The position numbers were made by a program, and so were the translations under genes. The notes beneath the pieces are model-generated. The model was not told the DNA's origin and ran no database searches. It saw nothing but the letters and a program-made list of their open reading frames with translations. A DNA stretch of 62,835 bases, taken from the NCBI GenBank assembly GCA_001819335.1, contig MHMH01000021.1, positions 1 to 62,835 on the forward strand. Reading direction: 5' to 3'. Positions within the stretch are counted from its first letter, which is position 1; every line of letters starts with the position of its first letter. The DNA comes from Candidatus Nealsonbacteria bacterium RIFCSPLOWO2_01_FULL_43_32 (GTDB lineage Bacteria; Patescibacteriota; Minisyncoccia; Minisyncoccales; MHMH01). Positions 36,597-45,170 of this stretch are shown here, in pieces.

Positions 36597-37578
36597 AATC
36601 TGCCAAACTTGCTTTCAATTCTTCGGGCAAAACGACGGTCGTGCCCGGCTTGCCCACGCTCACGCCGCAGGCGTGGCTGCTCAAAATGATCGCTTTTTTA
36701 AAATCAGCCCCACTCGATAGCGCCAGAGCGAAAACAGCGATAGCGGTATCGCCAGCACCCGAAACATCCACCGGCATTTTATTGACGGCCGGATAGCGGA
36801 AGGGGTTGCCGTTTTTCTCAAAGACAACCAATCCCTCGCCGCTACATTTAACTACCACATTATCAGACATCATATTAGCTAAAAGCATTTTGCCGGCCTG
36901 ACAAAATCTGCCTTCCTGCGCCAACCGTTCTACAGGAATGTTCAAGAGCGCACCCAATTCTTGCTTATTGGGGGCGATAATATTGCAACCATGGTATTTC
37001 GAAGGTTCGGTTCCTTTGGGGTCAACGAACGATAAAACGTTATTATCTTTGGCTAAAGCAATCAGCCGCCGAGCCAAATTGGGCGTAACCACTCCTTTGG
37101 CGTAATCTGAAATAATGACAGCGTTTAAATTTTTGATCTGGCTGCCGATAAAACTTAAAAGCTTTTCTTCTATTTCCGACCTAATTGGTTTTTTGTCCTC
37201 AATATCAATCCTGACAATATGTTGATTTTTGGCCACGGCCCTGGTTTTGAGAGTGGTTTTTCTTTGGGAATCAACGGCAATACCCGTAGTGTCAATGCCT
37301 TTTTCGTCTAATAAGGTCTTTAACAAAACTCCGTTTTCGTCTGCCCCCACTACGCCGGCCAAAAATACCTTTCCTCCCAAACTCTGAAGGTTGTAGGCTG
37401 TATTGGCGGCTCCGCCGGGCCGCTGATTGATTTCTTTGACGTCTAAAATCGGGATAGGTGCTTCGTGAGAAATCCGCTCAACGCTGCCGATCAAATACTG
37501 GTCCAGCATCAGATCGCCTACCACCAAAATTTTCTGGTTTTTGAAATTTTCGATGATGTTTAAAAATTGTTCTTCCAT
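36574..37578 (-). CDS. D-beta-D-heptose-7-phosphate kinase (RfaE domain I / PfkB family)
   Basis: VGDLMLDQY...PGGAANTA...VDVSGAGDT. I prefer the ATG at 37578. The track start at 37611 is TTG. Confidence 0.8.
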   Translation of the reverse strand: MEEQFLNIIENFKNQKILVVGDLMLDQYLIGSVERISHEAPIPILDVKEINQRPGGAANTAYNLQSLGGKVFLAGVVGADENGVLLKTLLDEKGIDTTGIAVDSQRKTTLKTRAVAKNQHIVRIDIEDKKPIRSEIEEKLLSFIGSQIKNLNAVIISDYAKGVVTPNLARRLIALAKDNNVLSFVDPKGTEPSKYHGCNIIAPNKQELGALLNIPVERLAQEGRFCQAGKMLLANMMSDNVVVKCSGEGLVVFEKNGNPFRYPAVNKMPVDVSGAGDTAIAVFALALSSGADFKKAIILSSHACGVSVGKPGTTVVLPEELKASLADYVNPNQN

Positions 37579-37591
37579 ATGATGGTTATGA

Positions 37592-38158
37592 TTAAGAAAC
37601 TCGGGAATCAATTAAACGACAAATAATATGGCCGATCAAAATATGAATTTCTTGAGTCCGGTCGCTTTCTTGAGACGGCACCACCAACGGAATATCAACT
37701 AAATTTTTCAGCAGGCCGCCGTCATTGCCTAGAAATCCGATAGTTTTCAATCCTTTAAATTTAGCGACTTCAACGGCTCTAATAATATTCTGTGAATTAC
37801 CGCTGGTGGAAATGGCGATTAAAATGTCGTCTTTGCCGCCCAGGGCCTCGATCTGTCTGGAGAACAATACATCATATCCATAATCATTGGCAACCGCTGT
37901 CATAATTGAGGTATCGGTGGTGAGAGCTATGGCCGGCAAGCCCCGGCGTTCTTTTTTAAAGCGTCCCACGAGTTCCGCGGCAATATGCTGGGCATCGGCG
38001 GCCGAGCCTCCATTCCCGCAAAGTAAAAGTTTTCTGCCTTGAGCATAAGCATTAATAATCAAATCGGCGACTTGAGCGATTTTAGGAACCAACTCATCTT
38101 TAACTGCTTGATGAAGCTCGATATTCTTATCGAATAGTAATTTAATAATATTTTCCAT
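37592..38158 (-). CDS. gmhA: Phosphoheptose (sedoheptulose-7-P) isomerase
   Basis: SIS domain: LLCGNGGSAADAQHIAAELVGRF...ISTSGNS. The ATG at 38158 lies 2 nt after the HTH stop. The track start at 38167 is GTG. Confidence 0.88.
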   Translation of the reverse strand: MENIIKLLFDKNIELHQAVKDELVPKIAQVADLIINAYAQGRKLLLCGNGGSAADAQHIAAELVGRFKKERRGLPAIALTTDTSIMTAVANDYGYDVLFSRQIEALGGKDDILIAISTSGNSQNIIRAVEVAKFKGLKTIGFLGNDGGLLKNLVDIPLVVPSQESDRTQEIHILIGHIICRLIDSRVS

Positions 38159-38160
38159 GT

Positions 38161-38406
38161 TTACCACTTAGCAATGGCTCTTTTGGCTTTAGTTTTGATT
38201 TTCTTATAAACACTGTAAACCTTGTCTTCAACTTCCGGTGAAACCAATCTTAAAATTTCCGCGCCCCAGATGCGGTATTGGCCTCCTACTTTATAGGCGC
38301 GGAGAGTCCCTTTTTTCAAAAGCCGCTTGATCGTGCTTTCGGAGATCTTTAAAAAATCGCGGGCTTCTTCGGTCGTATAAATTTGCTTTGGTTCAATCTC
38401 CTCCAT
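38161..38406 (-). CDS. Small excisionase/MerR-like HTH (HTH_17) DNA-binding protein, probably leaderless
   Basis: YTTEEARDFLKISESTIKRLLKKGTLRAYKVGGQYRI. The ATG at 38406 sits 7 nt after a TATGAT -10 box. The track start at 38451 is the TTG of the -35 hexamer. Confidence 0.7.
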   Translation of the reverse strand: MEEIEPKQIYTTEEARDFLKISESTIKRLLKKGTLRAYKVGGQYRIWGAEILRLVSPEVEDKVYSVYKKIKTKAKRAIAKW

Positions 38407-38412
38407 GTTCCC

Positions 38413-38460
38413 ATCATAAATCGACCAAGAACAGGTGTCAAGAGGTGTCAAAAGGTGTTA
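38413..38460 (-). promoter_or_regulatory. Strong sigma70-like promoter with three phased 10-bp direct repeats over the -35 region
   Basis: Minus strand: TAACACCTTT TGACACCTCT TGACACCTGT, with TTGACA at 38441-38436, a 17-nt spacer and TATGAT at 38418-38413. Confidence 0.7.
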
Positions 38461-38471
38461 TTGCGCAAATC

Positions 38472-38497
38472 AAAAAGGACAAGCACAAAGCTTGTCC
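38472..38497 (-). terminator. Rho-independent terminator after the hldD-like gene
   Basis: Minus strand GGACAAGC-tttgt-GCTTGTCC followed by TTTTTGATTTG. Confidence 0.85.
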
Positions 38498-38510
38498 CTT
38501 TCTTATAAGT

Positions 38511-39305
38511 CTAGCGAAGGCAATGATGGGTTAAATAATCCTTAATCCCCTCTTCTAAGGAATAATCCGGCTTAAAGCCCCAGCCCAATTTGGCTTTGGT
38601 AAATCTTTGATATCTGCCCTTATAGGGATTGGAAATATAAACAGGCTCTTTTTTAGTTCCGAGATTCTTTTGAACGTTATTCAAAACGTCGTCAAAGGTC
38701 CGGGGCTTGCCCGTACCCGCGTCATAAATGCCGTTTTTGGCCTTTATGGCGGTCTGCAGTGCTTTAATGATGTCTTTAACGTAGACGAAGTCTCTTTTGC
38801 TCTGGCGCTCTTCTTTAAAGACCACCGGCCTTTTGCCGGCTTTAATCTGCAAAGCCCAATTGGTCACCATGCTGGCCATGCGGCCTTTTTGTTTTTCTCT
38901 GGGACCATAAACGTTAAAGAATCTCAAACCGACAATCGGGAGCCTGTTGAAGAAAAACTTAGCAATCTCGTCAACTAACTCTTTGGAGTTGGCATAAGCG
39001 GTTTTCTGATAATCACCATAAATGGCGGCGCTGGAAGCATAAATGAGTTTGGACTTGCCTTTGAGGGCGAAATCCAAAACATTAAGAAACCCCGCGATAT
39101 TGTTTCGATACATATCAACATCATCAGGATAACGGGTGTTGGTATTAGCCGCTAAATGATAAATGACGTCAAAATCGTTTTTCAGCTTAATTTTTTGGCA
39201 AACATCCTTATCGTAAACCAACACCTTGTTTTTAGAATTTTTCCTTAATTCTTCGACTAAATTCAAGCCGACGAACCCCTTGCCTCCGGTAACAAAAAAT
39301 TTCAT
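38511..39305 (-). CDS. hldD: ADP-L-glycero-D-manno-heptose-6-epimerase-like SDR
   Basis: 264 aa. TGGKGFVG, YANSK, and FFNVYGPREKQKGRMASMV, which closely resembles the HldD signature. Shorter than classical HldD. Confidence 0.7.
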   Translation of the reverse strand: MKFFVTGGKGFVGLNLVEELRKNSKNKVLVYDKDVCQKIKLKNDFDVIYHLAANTNTRYPDDVDMYRNNIAGFLNVLDFALKGKSKLIYASSAAIYGDYQKTAYANSKELVDEIAKFFFNRLPIVGLRFFNVYGPREKQKGRMASMVTNWALQIKAGKRPVVFKEERQSKRDFVYVKDIIKALQTAIKAKNGIYDAGTGKPRTFDDVLNNVQKNLGTKKEPVYISNPYKGRYQRFTKAKLGWGFKPDYSLEEGIKDYLTHHCLR

Positions 39306-39326
39306 AACAAATATTTTAAACTAATA

Positions 39327-40493
39327 TTAAATATTTTTTAATTTTTCCTCGCTGATTAATTTTATGACCGAGTCAAAAACTTCTTCGGGGGTAATTTCTT
39401 TCAAGCACTTGAGGTGCCCCTCCTTGCAGGTTCGCGCAGGAAAAGGCGTAAATGAGCACGGGAAGCAATAAATATTTTTCTGAATTACCTTGTAGGGACT
39501 ATTAAGGGGGTGCTGTTCTCGCATATCAACGGAACCGGCAATCACCACCGAAGGCACTCCTGCGGCATCGGCCACATACAAAGAGCCGCAATCCACGCTG
39601 ATAAATAATTTCAAATTTCTCATGAAAGCTGCGAGCTCATACAGCTTGAAAGCCCCAGCAGCGTTGACACTGTTATTTTTCATCATTTTTTGAATTTTTT
39701 CAATAATAGGCTGGTCGTCTGAAGAACCCACGAAAATCACCCTGGCTTTTATTTTCTCTATTAATTGGTCAGCTAAAGCAGCGAATTTATCGGATGCCCA
39801 CTCTTTGAACTTAATGCCAGCGGTGGCACCGATGCCGATTAAAAAATCCTCGGCGGTTATATTATTCTTTTTCAAAAAATTTGAAGCCTTTTTTTCTTCT
39901 TCTGGCCGAATAAAAATTTCCGTTTTTGGCGAAAATTCTGCTATCCCGATTAATTCCAATAAATTGGCGTAATGCTTTTCAAGGGAAGTATGCCTTTTGT
40001 ACTCCAATCTATGGTTATTAAAAAAAGAAAGCAGCCAGATAATTTCTCCCGAATATTTATAAAGAGTCGCTACTCTGTCGGGAATCAGGGCCCAAAAAGA
40101 AATTATATTATGAAAGGAACCGGGTATAAAATTAAAAGCCCAGTCGTATTTCTCTTTTCTCAACTTACTAAACAATCTAAATTTACTCCCTATTGTTTTA
40201 TAATCATTGATTGATATTATCTCGTCCAAATGCGGGTTATTTATTAGAATATCCCTGCTCTTGGAAATAACGATCGCGGCAACCCAAGACGAGGGAAATT
40301 TCTTTTTAATTTCTCTGAAAACAGGCGTGGCGCAAACCAGGTCCCCGATCTTGCCGCCATGGATAATCAGAATCTTTGTTTTATGATTTTTTCCCTTCCT
40401 TAAAAAAATCCGGAAATACAAATAAGGAGCTGATAAATAAGTGGCGAAAATCCAAAAGAAATTATTAAAATAGGCTGAAATTTTCATCGACAT
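39327..40493 (-). CDS. Family 9 glycosyltransferase (heptosyltransferase-like)
   Basis: ILIIHGGKIGDLVCATPVFREIKKKFP and C-terminal FISVDCGSLYVADAAGVPSVVI. The ATG at 40493 overlaps the upstream TGA (TGATG). Confidence 0.8.
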   Translation of the reverse strand: MSMKISAYFNNFFWIFATYLSAPYLYFRIFLRKGKNHKTKILIIHGGKIGDLVCATPVFREIKKKFPSSWVAAIVISKSRDILINNPHLDEIISINDYKTIGSKFRLFSKLRKEKYDWAFNFIPGSFHNIISFWALIPDRVATLYKYSGEIIWLLSFFNNHRLEYKRHTSLEKHYANLLELIGIAEFSPKTEIFIRPEEEKKASNFLKKNNITAEDFLIGIGATAGIKFKEWASDKFAALADQLIEKIKARVIFVGSSDDQPIIEKIQKMMKNNSVNAAGAFKLYELAAFMRNLKLFISVDCGSLYVADAAGVPSVVIAGSVDMREQHPLNSPYKVIQKNIYCFPCSFTPFPARTCKEGHLKCLKEITPEEVFDSVIKLISEEKLKNI

Positions 40494-41836
40494 CAAATTA
40501 AGCGGCTGATGATTTTTTGGTAAAATCTCGGGTTAAAAAAATAAAATCTGCCGAACTGACTTCTAAATTTAAAATGCCTTAAATAAAATCTGGCCCAAAA
40601 AGGAGAAAGCTCGGTTTCCACCCTGCCGGCATAATCTTCAATATTTCCCCAGGTAAATTTTTGGTTTTTTTGCAATTTTTCAAACAATTCGGTGCCGAAA
40701 TATGGAATGGCTAAATTAAAATTTATAGCCTGAATTTTATTCTTCTCGAAGAGCCCTACGGTTTCTTTAATTGTGGCCCTGTTCTCTCCGGGAAGATTCA
40801 AAAGGCCGTAAGCACCGAGATGAACCTGATTCTCCCGGAGAATTTTTGCCACCCTCTCCAAGTCTTGAACGTTAATTCCTTTTTTGGCTTGATTTAATAT
40901 CTTTTGAGAACCCGATTCAAGACCGATATTGATTCGGCGACAACCGGCTTTCTTCATAATCCCGACCAGCTCTTCTTCAATGTCGTTAAGCCGGGCATTG
41001 CATCCCCATTTAAACTTTAAGTTATTCTCTAAAATTAACTCGCAAATTTTTCTAACCCTTTCCTTATCAATCAAAAATTCCCAATCCTGGAAAAAAATGG
41101 ATTCAATCCCAAATTTATCAATTAAGTATTTTATTTCTTGAATAACGTTTTCCGGACTCCTTGCGATATATTTACCCGGCATCATTATTTTCAGACAAAA
41201 AATGCAGCTGAAAGGACACCCCCGGGAAGTAAGCATAATACTGAAGGGTTGGGGTAAGTCTGGTTGGGTATACGAATATTTTTCCATGGGCAATAAATCA
41301 TACGCCGGGAAGGGCAAAGAATCTAAATTCTCAATTCTAGGAGCTGGAGCATTATGAAAAATCTCATTATTTTCACGAAAAGATATGCCTGAAATTTTTC
41401 TTAAATCTCTGTTATTTTGAATGGCCTCAATTAAATTCGTCGTAGTCAATTCCGACTCTCCCCTGACAATGAATTTAACTTGGCATTTTTCAAACACCCA
41501 ATCTGGCGTAGCGCTCCCGTGAGAGCCGATTAAAATAGTATTTTCGACTTGGGCCCTATCAATGATTTTAAAGACGGAGTCGATGTGAGAATTTGGGCAT
41601 TCCCATCTATCTACCGGACTGGAGGTTAAAATTAAAATATCGGGACCGGCTTCCTTTATTTTCTTCACCGTCTCATCCGCATCGTAATCTAAAACGTTGG
41701 CATCTAAAAAAATAATCTCGTGTTTATCTCTCAAGAGGCTGGCGATGTAAGCCAAGCTTAAGGGCTGTCTTTTTCTAACTCTCATAAGAGACTTCTTTTT
41801 TCCGTAAATAGGAGGATTTAAAATAAAAATTTTCAT
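40493..41836 (-). CDS. B12-binding-domain radical SAM protein (subfamily B)
   Basis: 447 aa. GESELTT, GISFRENNEIFHNAPAPR and SRGCPFSCIFCLKI. Confidence 0.9.
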   Translation of the reverse strand: MKIFILNPPIYGKKKSLMRVRKRQPLSLAYIASLLRDKHEIIFLDANVLDYDADETVKKIKEAGPDILILTSSPVDRWECPNSHIDSVFKIIDRAQVENTILIGSHGSATPDWVFEKCQVKFIVRGESELTTTNLIEAIQNNRDLRKISGISFRENNEIFHNAPAPRIENLDSLPFPAYDLLPMEKYSYTQPDLPQPFSIMLTSRGCPFSCIFCLKIMMPGKYIARSPENVIQEIKYLIDKFGIESIFFQDWEFLIDKERVRKICELILENNLKFKWGCNARLNDIEEELVGIMKKAGCRRINIGLESGSQKILNQAKKGINVQDLERVAKILRENQVHLGAYGLLNLPGENRATIKETVGLFEKNKIQAINFNLAIPYFGTELFEKLQKNQKFTWGNIEDYAGRVETELSPFWARFYLRHFKFRSQFGRFYFFNPRFYQKIISRLI

Positions 41837-41840
41837 ATAT

Positions 41841-43865
41841 TTAGCGGGGTTCGGCCTCCTGACTCACCTCATAAATTCTGGCAAACTGATTCCCCTCGCC
41901 CGCTGCCAATTTAAGTGTCAGGTCATTATTAGCCAAACATTTTTCTTCCAAGCCTTTGGGCCAATACTCGTTAGTATATAAATAACGGTAGTTTAAAGCT
42001 TTTAAGCCATCAGCCGAGCATTCTTTCAAAACCTTTTCATACCAAACTGTTTCAGGGATACGTTCTTCTATGCCGCGATGAAGCTTAGGGAACTGCTCGC
42101 CTATGTCATAAAAAAAGCCGGGAGCAAACCTGCCGGTATAAATGGTAAATCTTGAATTGTGCCAAAGGACTAATTCCCCTCCAAAAGTTAAAAAATGATC
42201 TTTGATGGCAGTATTCCTTTTAATCCAAGCAAACGCTTCGAATTCTACCGGATTTAGCTCAACTGGCTCCTCTAAAAGAGGATGGCCTGTTTCCAATTGA
42301 GGAAAAACCGGGGAAGCGACCAAATAGAATAATCCCTGGAAGATGACGCCTGAAATCAAAATAATTATCAATAATCTTTGCCATTTTTTCTGAAAAAACA
42401 AAAGTAACCATCCCAAAAATAAGCCGAAAATCAAATTCCAAAAAAGTGAAGTCAAAAAGTGAAGGCGCATAAAATCGCCCTGTGAAGAAGCGCCAGCCGT
42501 CACCACCAGCGGAAGGAAAAAAGAAACCAAGACAAGCAATATCAAAAATAAACCCAGTTGAAAGTATTTTTTAAGAACATAAAAAGCCGCCGGGATAATA
42601 AAAATTATCAACCATCCCCATCCCAAAAAAACGGTTGAGCTGAAAATCGGAATAAAAACATTTTCTTCAACAAATATTAATCCCCCAAAAAGATATTGCG
42701 GGGTAATTGAAAGGGAACGTTCCATGGGTAGAACGTCGCCCAAAAAAGCTTGTTTGATACTTTGGGTTAAAACTCCGCCCTGAAAAACGGCTACGGTAAT
42801 CCCCAAAAATAATATTAAAAAAGAAATCTTTAAGCAGAATTTACCTTTTTCCCAATCTTTTTTTAAAATTGTGAAAATCAACGGGTAAATCAAAAAAACT
42901 GCACATAAAACTCCGAAAAATATTTCCGCGCTTAAGGCTAAAAAAGAAAATAGGATAGCGGCCAGGCAAGAGATTTTAAACCAATTCTTTTCATCATTGA
43001 TCGCCCTAAAATATAAATAGCTAACCGCGATGGTTAAGGCAAAGCCGAGCATTACCCAAGCAAGTTGAAAAAGAGGGATAACGAGAACGCCGCGCATAAC
43101 CCCGCCAAATATCATATCGTTCAAAAATTTAAATGGCGCTTCAACCGGCAGCTGAAGAATATATTTTTGGTATAAAGAAGATATCCCTCCTGCCCCGTAA
43201 AGGAAATTTAAATTACCCCCGAAAATCATTATCAAAGAAGCAAGATAGGCTTTAAAATCATTTTTACAAAAATCCCTTATCAGCAGAAAACCCAGCAAAA
43301 ATACGAGTCCGATAAAAATGGCGTTCTGAAAATCGTAGCTGAACCAAACCGGCAAATCGGTAATTTTAGAGACAGCCGCTAAAAATAGCACGTAACCGTA
43401 GTGATATTGGGAGAGAAAATTAGGCGCAGATACTTCTTTCACCGGGAAATTTCCTTCAGCAACTGTAGCGGCCAGAGGAAGAGGAGAACCCATTTCGTCT
43501 GATGAGATATATCGCATTCCGGCTATTCCGACAAAAACCATAATCAAAAGGGCGGTGCCGAACAAAATTATTCTCCATTTTTTCTCAATCCCCCATGCTG
43601 TTTTTCCCTTCCCACCGTTTACGCGGAAAAGAAACCAGCTCAAAAATATAAAAATAACGCACAGCAAATAAAAATTAATCCTGATGTCAATGAAATAGGA
43701 AAAGGCGTTGAGAAAGAAAAGATAAATACTGTAGCCCAAGATGGCTGCCAGGGGGATCAGGGCTTCAATTCTTTTTTCATTAAGGATGAATCTCGCTGAT
43801 TGCCAACCGAAAGCGAATAATATTGAACAAAATACGAATAATTTTAAGAGAATGAAAGCTATCAT
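41841..43865 (-). CDS. Large polytopic membrane protein with C-terminal soluble domain (possible GT-C-type glycosyltransferase or polymerase)
   Basis: 674 aa, more than 12 hydrophobic segments, then a soluble tail of about 150 aa. I recognise no family signature. Confidence 0.4.
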   Translation of the reverse strand: MIAFILLKLFVFCSILFAFGWQSARFILNEKRIEALIPLAAILGYSIYLFFLNAFSYFIDIRINFYLLCVIFIFLSWFLFRVNGGKGKTAWGIEKKWRIILFGTALLIMVFVGIAGMRYISSDEMGSPLPLAATVAEGNFPVKEVSAPNFLSQYHYGYVLFLAAVSKITDLPVWFSYDFQNAIFIGLVFLLGFLLIRDFCKNDFKAYLASLIMIFGGNLNFLYGAGGISSLYQKYILQLPVEAPFKFLNDMIFGGVMRGVLVIPLFQLAWVMLGFALTIAVSYLYFRAINDEKNWFKISCLAAILFSFLALSAEIFFGVLCAVFLIYPLIFTILKKDWEKGKFCLKISFLILFLGITVAVFQGGVLTQSIKQAFLGDVLPMERSLSITPQYLFGGLIFVEENVFIPIFSSTVFLGWGWLIIFIIPAAFYVLKKYFQLGLFLILLVLVSFFLPLVVTAGASSQGDFMRLHFLTSLFWNLIFGLFLGWLLLFFQKKWQRLLIIILISGVIFQGLFYLVASPVFPQLETGHPLLEEPVELNPVEFEAFAWIKRNTAIKDHFLTFGGELVLWHNSRFTIYTGRFAPGFFYDIGEQFPKLHRGIEERIPETVWYEKVLKECSADGLKALNYRYLYTNEYWPKGLEEKCLANNDLTLKLAAGEGNQFARIYEVSQEAEPR

Positions 43866-45169
43866 TTAATGGCTATGGCTTTCTTAAAACTGGTCACAAA
43901 ATTAACTGCCTGAGAGAGATTATCAAAAAGATAATCCGGCTTAGCGTCACCATCCTGGCAACCTCGGCCGGTCTTTACTCCGATCGTCGTCATGCCGGCA
44001 TTCCGGCCGCACAAAATATCCCTGAAAGAATCGCCGATGAAATAAGAATGTTTTAGATCAATATTGAAGTCTCTTTTCGCTTTTTTCACCAGGCCGATTT
44101 TCGGTTTACGGCACGAACACTTAATTTTATATTTCTGATTCTCTCCTTTATAACCCTTGTCGGGGTGATGCGGACAGAAATAAATGCCGTCAAGTTTCGC
44201 CCCTTTTTCGCCCAAGATGGTTTCCATCTTGCACTGGATTGCGGCAATATCATCTATCGAACGAAATCCCTTGGCCACGGCCGGCTGATTGGTAATAACA
44301 ATGGCTAAAAATTCAGACTCATTTATTTTTTTAATGGCAGCGGCGCTCCAGGGAAAAAGCTTAAAGCTACCCGGACGAAAAATTTCATAAGAAGCTTGAC
44401 TGATCGTGCCATCACGGTCAAAAAAAATAGCTCTTCTTTTATTTTCCCTGTTAAGCCGACTGATTTTGCCTTTTTGATAATCTTTCTGGACTTGAATTAA
44501 TCTGGCCGAAGTGCCGATATCCTTAATATATTCGGCGGTCAGATAACCGTACATTTTTTCTTTTCGGACAATTTTGGGGAAAATGTCTTTACCGAAATCT
44601 GCTTTTACCCCTCGCTTAATATGCCGTAAAATCTTGGGCGACATAATATAGATGGCGGCGTTGACCAAATTCCTGAAATATTGATTAGAGGGATGGGGTT
44701 TGGGATGGAAAGCAATAATTTTCTGGTCTTTATCAATTTCCACCAAATCACTGTCTTCTAAATGCGAAGTCGGGTGTGATACTAGCGTGCAAGCGCTTTT
44801 TTTGTTTTTATGAAAAGCAATAACTCTTGTAAGATCTATGTCTAACATCTTATCTCCGTAGATAACCAGAAAATCGTCTTTTAGTTTATTGGCTATTTCT
44901 TTGATGCCGCCGGTGGTTCCCAAAGGCTCTTTTTCTTTGAAATAACTAATTTTCATTCCCCAATCTCGTCCGTCTTTGAAATATTTTTCAATAACCTCCG
45001 AAAGATAGTGGGTTAAAATAATAACCTCCTTGAGGCCGTATCTTTTTAATAGATTAATCTGATGTTCCAAAACGGGCAAACCGCCAATTTTTAACATTGG
45101 CTTGGGGGTGTTTAGGGTTTTTTTTCCCATTCTTTCCCCGCGGCCGCCGGCCAAAATAATCGCTTTCAT
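43862..45169 (-). CDS. Fusion: heptose-1-P nucleotidyl(guanylyl)transferase (HddC-like) plus GmhB-like HAD phosphatase
   Basis: 435 aa. N-terminal half: IILAGGRGERMGKKTLNTPKPMLKIGG. C-terminal half: IFFDRDGTI...ITNQPAVAKG...CSCRKPKIGL...GDSFRDILCG. Confidence 0.8.
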   Translation of the reverse strand: MKAIILAGGRGERMGKKTLNTPKPMLKIGGLPVLEHQINLLKRYGLKEVIILTHYLSEVIEKYFKDGRDWGMKISYFKEKEPLGTTGGIKEIANKLKDDFLVIYGDKMLDIDLTRVIAFHKNKKSACTLVSHPTSHLEDSDLVEIDKDQKIIAFHPKPHPSNQYFRNLVNAAIYIMSPKILRHIKRGVKADFGKDIFPKIVRKEKMYGYLTAEYIKDIGTSARLIQVQKDYQKGKISRLNRENKRRAIFFDRDGTISQASYEIFRPGSFKLFPWSAAAIKKINESEFLAIVITNQPAVAKGFRSIDDIAAIQCKMETILGEKGAKLDGIYFCPHHPDKGYKGENQKYKIKCSCRKPKIGLVKKAKRDFNIDLKHSYFIGDSFRDILCGRNAGMTTIGVKTGRGCQDGDAKPDYLFDNLSQAVNFVTSFKKAIAIK

Positions 45170-45170
45170 A

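Noticed and set aside
38161-38406. Excisionase-family HTH as a sign of a prophage or integrative element
   Set aside because: The window has no integrase, recombinase, att-like flanking repeats or phage genes. The gene sits behind its own promoter at the head of the heptose genes, which fits a regulator better.
38407-38451. Upstream 15 codons of the HTH ORF (track start 38451)
   Set aside because: That start is the TTG of a TTGACA -35 hexamer, and the extension covers the -35, spacer and -10 of a near-consensus promoter. The ATG at 38406 is preferred.
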